DNA from: Epiperipatus broadwayi
Lineage: Eukaryota; Animalia; Onychophora
Direction: 5' to 3'
Assembly: GCA_028023455.1 (NCBI GenBank)
Contig: JAQFVV010000010.1
Location: forward strand, 14,012,001 to 14,076,000
Length of the DNA: 64,000 nucleotides
In this document: positions 1 to 12,601 of the stretch, one piece after another
Layout of the letters: each line of letters opens with the position of its first letter
How positions within the stretch are numbered: position 1 is the first letter of the stretch
Notes under the pieces: generated by a model
What the model saw: the letters and a program-made list of their open reading frames with translations, nothing else
What the model was told of the DNA's origin: nothing
The model's database searches: none
Position numbers and translations under genes: made by a program

Positions 1-1857
1 AAAAAAGTTTTATCCATCCACCTTTGGGAGACGAGGGCACTAAGAACCGCTAAATCAGTATTAAATATCGACAACTTTTTAATCACCAGTGCTGTCGTCC
101 ATTATAAATTTTGAAGTTTGTATCAAATAAATTTCACGTATTCTGTGAAACTTTCATTAGAAAAAGAAATAGATCTATAATAATTACCTTTAGAATAAGC
201 ATTATTTCCTACTTTACGATTGTTACTGATAATATTCTTATTTCTGTTGTTTTAATGAGTAATCTGCCAGGGAAATCAGACCATTTTTAGACCACATTTT
301 TTTTAGATTCCTTCACTTCATAGTAGGCAAGGAAATTCCTAAATAGGCTTACCTACTAGCTGAAATTCTTGTCTCAAATCCAATTCCAAACCAAGATCAC
401 AACTAAAGACTTCTAATCTACTAAGCCTGTCCCTCTTATTGCTTTGTTAATACTTGATGGCTTGAACTAAAAATGTAGTTAAGAATGGAAATGTGGTTGC
501 ACAAATACTGAATGCCATTGTCACACTTAGTATATGAAGATGATGACCAGGTCCTACAATAATTTAAGTGACTGAAGAAGGAAAAAAAGGAGGCAAAAAG
601 ATTGCTATCAGAAATACTACTTAGCCTTTAATGAACCTACACAATAATTACAAGGCAGCAGGAGGTACTCTTAGTCAGGTACTGTTTGTTATTTATAGTT
701 TAACTATATCTGAAAGTTATTACATTATCCGCCTCTTATGGAAACCATGAATAGATAACTGTTTTTTAACAGAAGTTATTGTTTTGAAATAAAATTATGA
801 ATTTAATACTTAATATTGTGTTTCTTACTATGATTATTAAATTTAATATATCTCATTCATATTCACAATCATAATGTTGGTACATTTAGTTAAAAATATT
901 AGTAATTATTATTTAATAGAATAGGATTAGAGAAATGGATTATAGAGATGATTAATTCTGTCACTTTTATTACCCAAATAATGATGATGATCATAAAGAT
1001 AATAAAAAATGTGACTTAGTTGTCTTATCTTTAATTCTATCATTTTTATTATATAAATAATAATAATTATGATATTAGCATGTAAAAGCACAGAAATGTC
1101 GACAATAAGAACTAAGTCACAAACTTTAATGTCTTGTATTTAATATTTACATCATTTTTAAAAAAAAATTATATTTACTATTGAATATTCATTCACCCAT
1201 CCTCTTTCATGCTGACCTTCATCTTGCTTATATGCATAATCAAGAACGTTTTTGTAATTGCTTGTCCTATCCCATTAATTCCAAATAATAACATAGATGG
1301 ATATATTTTTAAAAATTCTCAAAAACAAGTATCAGTGAAGATTTTTGATTACTTTTTCAACTTGAGAAGTCAAAAAAATTAAGATATAGATTTCATTTCA
1401 TGTGAGGTTTTCAAACTATTGACAATCATTTAAAATGGGTAGACTGCTAATGCTTTCAGAAAACATTATTTTTTTTAGGAATGTAAGTTATAGCATAAAC
1501 ACTCCACATTTATTTTTTATTCTCATATATTATATTGAGAATTACACAACCTTGTCCTTTATTTAAAGATGTATACAATATTAAAATTGGGTTTTTAACA
1601 CACACTAGACAACAGAAAGCCTCCATTATAAATTAACAGAATTGAGCAATTGCGATAAAATGCACAGTAAAGCTGTTGTCTAATTTATTTCCAATGATTT
1701 GTTCCTGTAAACAGAATGACTCTCTTATATCAATCACTTAGCAGAAATCAAAGCTTATTTGAACAAATAGTATAAATAATGTATATATGTAGTAGAAGAC
1801 AGTATTATAATTAATATATATTAAAAAAAAAAGAGTCGATTCTATATCTAAAGATTA

Positions 1858-2078
1858 AAAAGGTCAAAGCTTTCAGCACCTTTTTGGCTCTAATGGGTTG
1901 TTATACAACCCTTTTATGGATATATTTGTTATCGAGCGTACATACCTTGTAAACCTGGTCAATAATTGTTTTGTCTTGTAACATAAACACTTTGTAATCC
2001 TCCATGGGTAAGTGTACCCGATAACTTTTTGTAATCTTTTGACTAATAAAGGTTACTTTTGAGAAAAAAAAAAAAAAG
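1858..2078 (+). mobile_element. Possible 3' end of an L1/Tx1-type LINE
   Basis: Short open frame KGQSFQHLFGSNGLLYNPFMDIFVIERTYLVNLVNNCFVL*, then a T-rich UTR, AATAAA and an A-run at about 2063-2078. No diagnostic domain. Confidence 0.3.
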
Positions 2079-2480
2079 ATTTAATAAAATATACAATGAA
2101 ACCTTCATGCATTTATGTCCTCATGTTTTATGTACCTTTTTTTTAAGTACTAGAATTAACACCATGCAAGTAATATCCCCCCCCCCCCCAAAAAAAAAAA
2201 AAAAATCACCATCTCTCAAGATATTGGATGATATTAGTCATTAATATCACATGTTTCTGATATTATATCTTTCTGTCTAGAAATAACCTAGATACTTTTT
2301 GATCTCTGTTTTTTGGATTATATGAAAACTTGGAAATATTATTGAAAGTAAAGCTTCAAGAACTGTTATGAATAACCATTTTAAAGTTTTAATTTGGAGA
2401 TAAATATCTTGGCATGTATTTGTTTGTATCAATATAATTTTACACTAGTTGTTGTATTTCATGTTGTTGTTATTCTTGTT

Positions 2481-3083
2481 ATAGTACGGTATATATTTTA
2501 TTACATAAAAATAGGTGAACTTACATAGTATGGTATATATTTTATTACATAAAAATAGGTGAACTTACATAGTATGGTATATATTTTATTACATAAAAAT
2601 AGGTGAACTTACATAGTATGGTATATATTTTATTACATAAAAATAGGTGAACTTACATAGTATGGTATTACATAAAAATAGGTGAACTTACATAGTATGG
2701 TATATATTTTATTACATAAAAATAGGTGAACTTACATAGTATGGTATATATTTTATTACATAAATATAGGTGAACTTACATAGTATGGTATATATTTTAT
2801 TACATAAAAATAGGTGAACTTACATAGTATGGTATATATTTTATTACATAAAAATAGGTGAACTTACATAGTATGGTATATATTTTATTATATAAAAATA
2901 GGTGAACTTACATAGTATGGTATATATTTTATTACATAAAAATAGGTGAACTTACATAGTATGGTATACATTTTATTACATAAAAATAGGTGAACTTACA
3001 TAGTATGGTATATATTTTATTACATAAAAATAGGTGAACTTACATAGTATGGTATATATTTTATTACATAAAAATAGGTGAAC
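2481..3083. repeat. 44-bp minisatellite, about 14 copies
   Basis: Unit atagtatggtatatattttattacataaaaataggtgaacttac repeats head-to-tail, nearly identical; one unit near 2657-2690 is internally deleted. Confidence 0.97.
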
Positions 3084-3592
3084 GTAATGATATATTTTGC
3101 TGAATCTTGTGAAGTACTTATGAAAGTAAAATCTTTTAAGGAGTATTCACCATTTACATACAACATGATTTCAGTGATTGAGTAGGTAGTTTAGGTTTAA
3201 AAAGATTATATTTTGGATAGAGATATAGTTTGCACACAACAAATGCCCATTAAAGATTGTTCGAATAAGTAGTCATAACATTTTCTTAATATATATAAAA
3301 TCTTGAATATAAATTTCTTTTCAATTGTGTTTTGTTATTTGTAAAATTAAAATCAGTGTTGTTATGAAAGTACTGCAGATTTTGAATTACCATACTTAGT
3401 TAATCTTAATTTTTTAAAACATTATATGTTATTAAATAGTCAAAATAAGTCATGGATCACATGACCCTATCTATACTCTTAAGCTTGTAAGTTATAAACA
3501 ATGAGGATTGCCAATTCCTCAACAAGCTTCATGATTAATGCTTAGCTAGAGAAAGCATTTAAAATATCTCTGTCAGGACCCCCCCCCCCAAA

Positions 3593-3633
3593 CCTCTGAT
3601 CATGGTTTTGTGCTCTGGCACTCGTCAGAGAGG
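3593..3633 (-). ncRNA. Type I minimal hammerhead ribozyme (A1 left arm, GAAA mutated to AAAA)
   Basis: Sense: CCUCU CUGACGA GUGC CAGA GCAC AAAA CCAUG AUC AGAGG; stems I and II pair perfectly. Confidence 0.75.
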
Positions 3634-3719
3634 TGCTAGGGTAGGTTCAGATACTAGATCTAAAACTGTTTTTAGATCTAGTGTCTGAACCTACCCTAGT
3701 ATCTGAACCTACCCTAGCA

Positions 3720-3760
3720 TCTCTCTGAGGAGTGCCAGAACATGAAAACATGGTCAGAGG
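3720..3760 (+). ncRNA. Type I minimal hammerhead ribozyme (A1 right arm)
   Basis: UCUCU CUGAGGA GUGC CAGA ACAU GAAA ACAUG GUC AGAGG; core intact, GUC cleavage triplet. Confidence 0.8.
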
Positions 3761-6700
3761 TTTGGGGGGGGGGGTCCTGACAGAGATATTTTAAATGCTT
3801 TCTCTAGCTAAGCATTGATCACAAAGCTTGTTGAGGAATTGGCAATCCTCATTGTTTATTATATGTTATTTGCTGTGATATTAAAATTATATACTGTATA
3901 TAATCACACATTTTTCAAGTAATATATGTAGAATATTTGATTATAAAATTGAATTGTACATTATATGTATTTCAAAGAGTAATCATTAAATTGTGTCAAT
4001 GATTTTTGTGGTTTCACAGTGCAGTCCTTTTCCTGTATATATTGTTTTTATTTCCTATTTCTTTGAAGAACATAGATAGATCTACTGTATTTTTTTGAAA
4101 TAATTTTTATTGATATTGTTAGACACTATATCAATGAGGACTATATTTATATTTAAGTGTAAAATAATAAAAAATGTCAAAACTCACACATCCATGGTTA
4201 GTTTTTGAGTCCTTTTTTAAAAAAAATATTTTAAGCATTGTTTTGATTTATATATTTATGTAGCTTTTGTTCTTAAGTTTAGTATTAGTTTTGCAAAGTG
4301 TATATATAAATATTTTCGTTTATTTTCTTAGACTTGTTTAAAAATATGTAAACAGAAAGAAAGGTCTATGTATGGTAGTAAAAATCAAAAACGAATGGAA
4401 TGTATTTATTAATAGTGTTGCTAGCGTCTATTTTAAGCTGTCAATATTTGTACTGTATTTTGCATTTAAAGGTGCATCATATAAGTTGGACTATTCTTTT
4501 ATTATGCATTTTATATTTAACTTATTGAATATGGATGCAACCATTTTAAAATTCTAAGTTTGCATAATATTTAATGAAAAAAAAAACATTCCTAGAGTTC
4601 AAATTTATTTAACCGTTAACATACATCCTAGCCGGATTTATTTAGTCATACATTGAATGGAATGCGTTAATGAATTTTAAAATTTGTGATCGTATTAAAA
4701 GAGAAGGGGAATCAACTCCTTTTAAAATTAACATTTTTATTTTTTTGTATTTGCATATCAGTCTAATTTATTTATTGTGTGCAATTTCTTTTTTTTTTTT
4801 AAGTATATTTATTTTGGACAATCGTTTGATAATCAGTTTAAATTATTTTTAATGGTAAAAACGAATAGAAAGGGAATTGTAATATTGGAATTATTTTTCT
4901 ATCTCGGGGACAGTTTAACACTTTAAGAGAGTTATGATTAATATACCTAATATTTTTTAAAAAGGCAACAACTTATACTTGGGATATAGGATATAGTGTG
5001 TGTATAACATAATAAAATAGGAGAGAAAAAGTTAATATGGAATTATATATATACTGTATATAGATGGTGTACTGTTACTAAATTGATGTATGTGTGATTG
5101 TATTAGCTAGAGATTATATGAAACTCGAAGTTGATTATTTTAAAATCTGATACTGGGTATATAAACTTACTTTTTTTTAGTATGCTCATTTGATTATTGG
5201 AAATATAGCACAATTTAGTGCAATGGGAATGTAGATTTGAGGGCTAAAGGTTTGACTTTCAATAGAGTGAAAAAAAAGATTGAAACTATTGTCACCTGAT
5301 ATTGGATGTTTAAATGTCACGTGACGTCCAAATCTAAACAAACCAGATTATTTACTAGACTTGCAAGGCTGTTATGTAATAATTCCACATTATATACTTA
5401 CTGTATTGATAAATTATGAATAAAATTTTGATTTTTTTAATCAAGAAGTTTACAATCTGATTAATTGTTATTTTTATGGTTTGATGATCAATATAATATT
5501 ATTAAAAAAAAAAAAACATTATTACATTAAAAGCCTGTGAATTATATGAATTGAAAGATGAATTATTTTAATAGTGACTTTAGTCAGCAAGACTAGTTTT
5601 TAGGCTGCTTGTTGACCTTCAATAAAAAACTATTTTTTCCCCCAAGGAAATAGGACTTAACAGCCAGGAATAGATCATTTTGGAAATTCACCCCTTTGAT
5701 ATATTAGAAATAACTGCAATAATATATTGGCCTATTTTTTGGCACCACTGCCAGTATAAACTTAGCCTTTTGCCATTATTTGACTTTCAAACATGGCTAA
5801 TATATCTAGTTTTGAAAATGATAATACATGATCATGGCAGTTTTTAAAAAATATTTAACCAAATCTTACCATAATTATTATTGTATGCCAATTTGCTTGA
5901 AATGTCATATGACTTTCAAGATCCAAACTTTTTTTTTTTTTTACTGCCGTTGTTGGGATTAGTACAGGAACTTCTAGCTTTAGAGTTCTCAAGCTGAACT
6001 ATTTAGAATATTCTACAATACGTGATGTGTTGAAGCAAATATAAAATGTTTACTAATTTCATACTAAAGCATTCTTGTAGCTAAAAGCAATATGTGAATA
6101 TAAACTGCTTTCTTGTATAACTATTTATGTATAAAGAGTGATTAAAAAGTTATAAACATGTATGTGGATATAGCTCTATTAACTTTCCGGTCATTTTCAG
6201 ATAACCAATTCATAATCAGCTCAGCTAGCCATCCATTATTAGTAAATAGGTTTCTATTATTTAGCTAAAGAGTAATGGTCTCAAATTAATCCGGGTTGGG
6301 GTTGCATGAATCAATACCCTGACTATAAAAATAAAAATGTTGTAATACGATGTAGTCTTTATCAGTTGTAGAGGAGGTGCCATATCTAGTTGCAGAGTCC
6401 AAAGTTTTATTTTCTTTATTTTCATCAACTTAATATGTATTTTTTTCTACCATTTTTAAAAAGTCTTCCGCTTATTTTAGAAGAGAAATTTTGGGAATAG
6501 GAAAAAATAATTGTGGAAGATATATTTCTGCAGTATATATATTGCAAAATTTCTAAAAAAGAAGAGATTAATATATAAAGGAATGATTTCCATGCTGTCA
6601 AAATTTATTTTCTTACATCTTGTATTTTATTCAGATTAAAAATTTTAATAAAACACATTGATTTTGACTAGATTAGTCCAGTGATAATAACGACTTTATA

Positions 6701-7197
6701 AATAAATAATTGAACGTGTTGTTGCTTGAAGTTCTTAAGAAAGTTCAAGGATCAGGGCCATAATCTGTGGATCTTAAGCTACAGAATACACCATTGCACT
6801 AAAACATGTAGAGCACAGTATAAATTTCTAGATCAATCCCAACTGAGAAAAGTGAAAAAGTAATTCCCAATTTAATCATTTGGAAGGAATTATGCTCAGC
6901 CTATTGATTAAATCTCAGACACCACTTGATTTCCCAAGTTCACCAACCATTTAATAAATAGAAACATCTGATAGTCTTTTGCCCATTAGATAATTTTTTA
7001 TTTTATTTCGCTTTTTAATCAAGCCTCTTCTGTGGCTTTATATATATATAATATTATGTTTAATCGAAAAGGCAAGTCATATATATCCCATGACTTATTT
7101 TAAGCTTGTATTGCAGATATGTAATATAGGGAGGGTACCAATAGTTCTAACAAGCCTTCATCGATAAGTGCCACAAGAGAAACCATTTAAAAATCTC

Positions 7198-7237
7198 TAT
7201 CAGACGGGTTTCGAGCTTTTGGCTTATCTCAGTGAGG
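7198..7237 (-). ncRNA. Degenerate hammerhead ribozyme (A2 unit 1)
   Basis: Sense CCUCA CUGAGAU AAGCC AAAA GCUC GAAA CCCGUC UGAUA; core deviates from CUGANGA. Confidence 0.55.
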
Positions 7238-7605
7238 CGCTGAAACATTCAGGCACTAGATCTAAAAATATTAACTCAAAGCCAGTACTTATCTAATATG
7301 TAACTATGAAGTAGAAAAACTGAAATTTTCAGACACATAAATGTCTTTAAATTCAGTTATCTAACTTAAATAGTTATATGAGTATGAAAACCCTTTAGCC
7401 TTACCATATATTAATCTCAGCAATATAACATTGCGAAAACCCCAAGAGCAAAATTATAATAATCGAAAAAACAAATCATATAGCGTGTGACTTGTTTTAA
7501 GCTTGTATTACTGATATGAAATATGGGAATGTATCAATGGCTCTAACAAGCTTTCATCAATAAGTGCACAAGTGAAAGCATTTAAAAATCTAGGATAATC
7601 CCTAT

Positions 7606-7645
7606 CCCCAGACCGGTTTCAAAATTATGGCTTACCTCAGTAAGG
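7606..7645 (-). ncRNA. Degenerate hammerhead ribozyme (A2 unit 2)
   Basis: Sense CCUUA CUGAGGU AAGCC AUAA UUUU GAAA CCGGUC UGGGG; stem III ACCGGU is self-complementary. Confidence 0.6.
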
Positions 7646-8475
7646 CACTGGAACATTCAGACACTAGATCTAAAAATACCAACTCAAAGCCAGCACTTAT
7701 CTACTATATAACTATGAAGTAGAAAGTCTGAAATTTTCAGACATGTAAATGTCTTTAAATCCAGTTATCTAACTTAAATAGCTATATGGATCTGAAACAT
7801 TTCAGCCTCACCATACATTAATAGCCTCAGTAATATTACATCGCCAAAGCCCCAAAAGCAAAATTATAATAATCAAAAAAACAAGTCATATATAATGTAA
7901 CTTGTTTTAAGCTTGTATTACAGATATGTAATATATTTATTTATATAAATACCAGGCTACAATTCTTCCATTCAAGTGAATGAATTGGAGTTTTTTTAAA
8001 AAAAATATTTTCATCAACCTTTAGTTTTGAAATTCTCCACTTGTACTAATAAACCGAAATGCTCAGAGAAATTTTATTTATTTTAAAAATATTTTATTAA
8101 TCATTAAAAATGTATGCTATACAGTATTTACATAAAGGCTTCATCTTTACATATAACTTATTCGTAATTTCTTCGTTAATTATTTAAATTCTTTAAATTA
8201 TTCCATTAGAATTTTAATCCTCTTTGCTTATGTATATAAATAAACTATAACTATTTTTCTACTTTAGGTTTAGATTAACAAATATTTATATATTAATAAT
8301 TTTTATCGTAGAAAATATTTATATATTAATTAAATATCTGGAGAGGAGAAGGGAGGGGGAGAGGATAAATATGATTCTTTTTTTAAAATTTATTTTAGAG
8401 GAAACTTAAATTATTAAATTAACAGTTTTATTTATTTCAACATCTCTCTATGCATAATATTTACTTACCTCCACC

Positions 8476-8535
8476 AGGTGTTAAAAGCAACTAGAAAAAC
8501 AGTCCCTGGCTCACATGAGAGCAGTGTAGTGAAAA
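8476..8535 (+). mobile_element. Family D fragment
   Basis: gtgttaaaagcaactagaaaaacagtccctggctcacatgagagcagtgtagtgaaaatta matches about 8900-8960 and about 9895-9955. Confidence 0.6.
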
Positions 8536-8593
8536 TTATACTAAAAAATTATCATTTATTAACTATATACATTTTTATATGAATCAAGTTTAA

Positions 8594-9090
8594 ATGAATC
8601 ATAAACATATAATCAAAGACTTGTGAAAAAGTTGTATGATTTCCAAAATGCATATATCATGCTAAACCAGCACTCGTCAGTTGGGCCAGATCACAATTTC
8701 CTGCACATATCTTTATCATTGTTTAGTATATATATATATAGACAGCCAATTATAAAAGTTTAAATAATGTCGAACTTTTACTATCCATATAACCTTGATA
8801 CAAACCACTTGATGGAAGTATATTAATAATAGGCATCTTTTTCACATGTCTTTGGTTATATGTTTGTGATTATATCCCTCCACAAGGTTCACTCCACAAG
8901 ATGTTAAAAGTAGACAGAAACCAGTCCCTACCTCACATGAGAGTGATGTAGTGAAAATTACACTACATTTATTAAGTGGATAATCTCTAGTCTAATGAGT
9001 GACTAATAAAAAATATTAATATACTTCCATCAAGTGGTTTGTGTCAAAGTTATGAGAGCAGTAAGTTTGATACTTATCAATTAAAATGTA
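8594..9090. mobile_element. Family D hammerhead element, inverted composite (minus 8594-8830, plus 8833-9090)
   Basis: 8596-8630 is the reverse complement of 8837-8871; 8770-8830 is the reverse complement of about 9010-9070; one hammerhead on the minus piece. Confidence 0.75.
8643..8684 (-). ncRNA. Hammerhead ribozyme (family D, GAAA mutated to GAUA)
   Basis: Sense CCAA CUGACGA GUGCU GGUUU AGCAU GAUA UAUGCAUU UUGG. Confidence 0.7.
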
Positions 9091-9238
9091 TTAATACATT
9101 GTACAGGCTTAAACCTGCATTTATATATGTAATATATGTAGGATTCCAACTCAGACTTTCACATGACCCACTACTCTCAGTGCCATCTCGTATTGCTGAC
9201 CCACCTGATCACGCACATGTTGAAAAGATAAATAATCA

Positions 9239-9280
9239 CCAATATATGTATTTCATGCTAAAACAGCAATCATAAGTTGG
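9239..9280 (-). ncRNA. Hammerhead ribozyme (family C, core CUUAUGA)
   Basis: Sense CCAA CUUAUGA UUGCU GUUUU AGCAU GAAA UACAUAUA UUGG. Confidence 0.65.
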
Positions 9281-9710
9281 TCTAGATTACTATCCTCACA
9301 CATATATACAATCAGTGCTCAGCTTTATATTAAGATAGCCAATCTTCATTCTTTAATGGACAAGCTTCAAACTATTCCAACTCACAACTCTTCAGCCTTC
9401 CATTTCATTGAAAATCTGATGATGGAACGTTCAAAGCCCTTGTTAGCGCCAAGGTTGTCATCTTACCCATGTTGACATATTAGTCATTCTGACCCCTCAT
9501 GTACAGGAGAATTACATACATATGCGAGGGATGGGCAGACCTTTTACACACTATTTATATAAATTAATACAATGTACAGGCTTAAAACTGCATTTATATA
9601 TGTAATATATGCGGGATTCGAATTCAGACTTTCACACAACCCACTACTCTCAGTGCATCTCATATTGCTGACCCACCTGATCACACACATGTTGAAAAGA
9701 TAAATAATCA

Positions 9711-9752
9711 CCAATATATGTATTTCATGCTAAACCAGCAATCATCAGTTGG
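9711..9752 (-). ncRNA. Hammerhead ribozyme (family C, core intact)
   Basis: Sense CCAA CUGAUGA UUGCU GGUUU AGCAU GAAA UACAUAUA UUGG; stem I is CCAA/UUGG. Confidence 0.8.
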
Positions 9753-9784
9753 TCTAGATTACTATCCTCACACATATTTGTAAG

Positions 9785-10015
9785 AGATTGGACCAATTGA
9801 TGAGCGCTGGTTCAGCATGAAATGTGCATCTTGAAGATCATACATCTTTTTTACAAGACTTTGATCATATGTTTATGATTACATCCTTCCGCAAGATGTT
9901 AAAAGTGGATAGAAACCAATCCCTACCTTGCAGGAGAATAGCGTAATGAAAATAAAGAATGTCTAATAAAAAGTGTTAATTTATATAGTGTCTGCTGATT
10001 TCTTTTCAATTGGCT
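9785..10015 (+). mobile_element. Family D hammerhead element, internally deleted unit
   Basis: Collinear with the reverse complement of 8594-8700 and with 8833-9020; head-to-head with the family C copy ending at 9780. Confidence 0.75.
9793..9834 (+). ncRNA. Hammerhead ribozyme (family D, core UUGAUGA)
   Basis: CCAA UUGAUGA GCGCU GGUUC AGCAU GAAA UGUGC AUC UUGA. Confidence 0.7.
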
Positions 10016-10100
10016 ATAGTTCATATTATTGAGTTATTTATTATTCTTTTTTTAATTGCAGTAAAAAGACTAGGGTAAATAAAACAACCTTTAAATAGAC

Positions 10101-10553
10101 CAGGGGTGGGCAATTGTTTTGACTCGGGGGGGGGGCACAGAGGTTGATGGAGGGCCGCATCGGGGGCCACTTTGTGGAAGCGAAGTTTAGCACAGGGCTG
10201 CACTTTTTTTTCACGACACAATAAACACACTGCTTTATTCCCTGTATTACCAAAGAATAAACACACAACATTCATCACTGATTTTACATTTTTTCAGAGG
10301 GTTCATGGTTTCACGAAAGTTGGAAATGTATATATTTGCTAATGCAACGACAAAATTGAAATTAACCAGATCAACTGGAAAAGCACTGCACATTGTATCT
10401 ATACTGCGCATGTGTATTGATATGGCCATCATAGTGGAAAATATGAGACAAATCTTCGGTCGCGCGTGGGAAGGAAATCTCAGTTCAAGGCAGTTTTTTT
10501 TATTGTCTTGGCGGGCCACATGTGGCCCTCGGTCCGCTATTTTCCCACCCCTG
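10101..10553. mobile_element. hAT (Charlie-like) MITE
   Basis: TIRs CAGGGGTGGGCAA / TTTCCCACCCCTG; exact 8-bp TSD AAATAGAC at 10093-10100 and 10554-10561; GC-rich subterminal gcgggcc motifs. Confidence 0.93.
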
Positions 10554-10807
10554 AAATAGACCATTATAGAACAAAGGCCTTCCCAACAGCTTGTCACAGA
10601 AGAAAAGAGAAGGTAGTATTAATCAATCTTGCCAATGAGGGTTTGAGAAGTTTTTTTGATTCAGATTCAAGTCATTATTATATCATAATAGGCAATTGTT
10701 TTACAATTAACATTTTTTGAATAGAATTACTGAAGCAAAAAAATTTTTTTTATCTAACTAGAAATCATACTGAATTTTATAAATTTATTTATAACTATGG
10801 AATTTTT

Positions 10808-10913
10808 GTCAAGCATTGGTGGTCGAGAGGTCAGTGACAGCTGCTTTACAAGAAGTTATCCCAGGTTAGCGGGTTTGCTTCCCGGCTGATGCTATGACAC
10901 ATGGGAAAGAAAA
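10808..10913 (+). mobile_element. tRNA-Gly-derived short SINE
   Basis: gtcaa-GCATTGGTGGTC...cagctgctttacaag...gggtttgcttcccggctgatgc-tatgacacat followed by an A-rich tail; nine related copies in the window. Confidence 0.85.
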
Positions 10914-12561
10914 CGGAATATTTTTGGATTGATTACAGAAAGATGATGGATTAGTAATTATTATCATTTTCTTTTATTGTCACTATGTTGCGTTTATTGG
11001 GAGTGTAGTAGGATATATATATATGAAAAATGTATGTTACTTTCCTACTTGCAGAATGATTTATAAGTTTGTGATTTTAGGGATGAGCATATTTTTCAGC
11101 AATAGGACCACATAATACTTTTCGTATATTGTGTTTATAAATGTTCAAGATATATTGTATTTATGAATGTTTAAGAGTAGAAGAAAATATTTTAAAATGC
11201 AATTTATAAACAATTATACACCATCAAATGTTGAAACCCTTTTCCTTACCAAATACAATAATAAAATTAATAAAACTCTTTTGATTGATATCATTTAAAA
11301 ACCAAAATTTATTTTATTTTTAAAGCATTTACAAAATAAGTTTTTTTTAGTATTGGTTTACTATTATAGATTTTTAAATGTAAACATTTAAGAGAAATAG
11401 CAGTGAAAACAAATGTTATTATAGGAGATTGGGAACTGCATTCATCTTGCGAGCTGCAGTTTGTCTAGCATTGGCATATGCAGTCAGCTTTCAATGTTGT
11501 TATGGATTAATGGATAGAATTTTGAGAAAAAATATTTGATTCTAACTAGATTTAGGACTTTTCCCAGGTAGTCTGATCGTAACCAATCCAGATAAATGGT
11601 TGATATATGGATAACTATTTTTATCTAAAATGTGAAACATGGATGAAAAATGTTAAATTATAACTATCTGGTATTTAACAGATTTGGTGATGTTCCTTTT
11701 TCTCTAAAATGTATTCTTGGAAAAGCCTTTGCACCACAGGGACTTATTTAAAAGGTGGCATGAAATTGGAGTGAATGAGAATTTTTTGTGCTTCCCGAGA
11801 GTTGGTGCCATTTTGGTTTAATTAATTTTAATAAATTGTGTATAACATTTGCCATTCTAATAGAAAGATAAGCCACGGCTAAGATGCATCGGATTGCACC
11901 CACATCTTACAAGCAAGTTATAATAGGATATTCCCCCTTCATCTAAGAATAACTAGGTATTCATTTTGTGACCAGTATTAAATGGCTAACTGGTGCTATG
12001 GCCCATATATCTTTAAAAATCTTGAGTGCTTTTGAAATATGTCTCTATATAGATTGGAATGCCAAGTCATGTTTGGTAGGCTAGTATTATAACACTCTGC
12101 ACTGCCCCTTTCATTCTAATGTAAGCTACTATAGTTAACATGCAGGTATATATTTGTTGGTGTTGTACAATGTTAGTGTTGTTAAATCTGACAACAGTTC
12201 AAAGAAATTTATTAGTAAAATGATATGATATCTGATACACATGTCATTATTATTTTTTATTTTCCTTCATACATATTCATATCCACTGACATTCATAATG
12301 TTGCTGTTTATGAGCAATGGAAAAATCCATTAAACATTTTGCCAGTTGTTATTATACGCAAAAATATAATTTTTTAAATTTTATGATGTGTGACATTTAC
12401 CTTATTTTATTTACATTGTACTTATATTAGATTTATGCTAAAGGCCCAAGATTTTAAATCAGGCAAAAATTCCCTAATTGCCACACTACAAACTAGAGTA
12501 ATCAATGGATACCAGAAGGCTTGTACATAAAATCCCCATCTACTGTCTACTCATCCAATAT

Positions 12562-12601
12562 CCTCAGACTAATTTCTGACTTGTGACCTTCGTCAGTGAG
12601 G
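12562..12601 (-). ncRNA. Hammerhead ribozyme (B1 left arm)
   Basis: Sense CCUCA CUGACGA AGGU CACAA GUCA GAAA UUAGUC UGAGG; stem I is a perfect 5 bp. Confidence 0.82.

Larger units (their letters stand above)
3434..3857. mobile_element. Family A hammerhead element, head-to-head palindrome (non-autonomous Penelope-like/retrozyme)
   Basis: Arms of about 190 bp inverted around an axis near 3667; one hammerhead per arm; 13-bp TSD ATTATATGTTATT at 3421-3433 and 3858-3870; 18-bp internal duplication at 3682-3717. Confidence 0.9.
7061..7935 (-). mobile_element. Family A hammerhead element, head-to-tail tandem (about 2.2 units, period about 408 bp)
   Basis: ttttaagcttgtatt recurs near 7100, 7496 and 7906; cactagatctaaaaata occurs twice; two hammerhead motifs on the minus strand. 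Confidence 0.85.
9091..9780 (-). mobile_element. Family C hammerhead element, head-to-tail tandem (period about 472 bp)
   Basis: 9091-9305 is repeated at 9564-9778 with high identity; each copy carries a hammerhead. Confidence 0.82.

Noticed and set aside
2481-3083. Regular 44-bp array as CRISPR
   Set aside because: Units are contiguous with no unique spacers, there are no cas genes, and the context is eukaryotic.
9416-9445. CTGATGA followed by a short hairpin
   Set aside because: No GAAA box, and no stem I or stem III partner.
10021-10720. Cluster of five overlapping ORFs
   Set aside because: They overlap a GC-richer hAT MITE with few stop codons; no transposase or other domain is recognisable.
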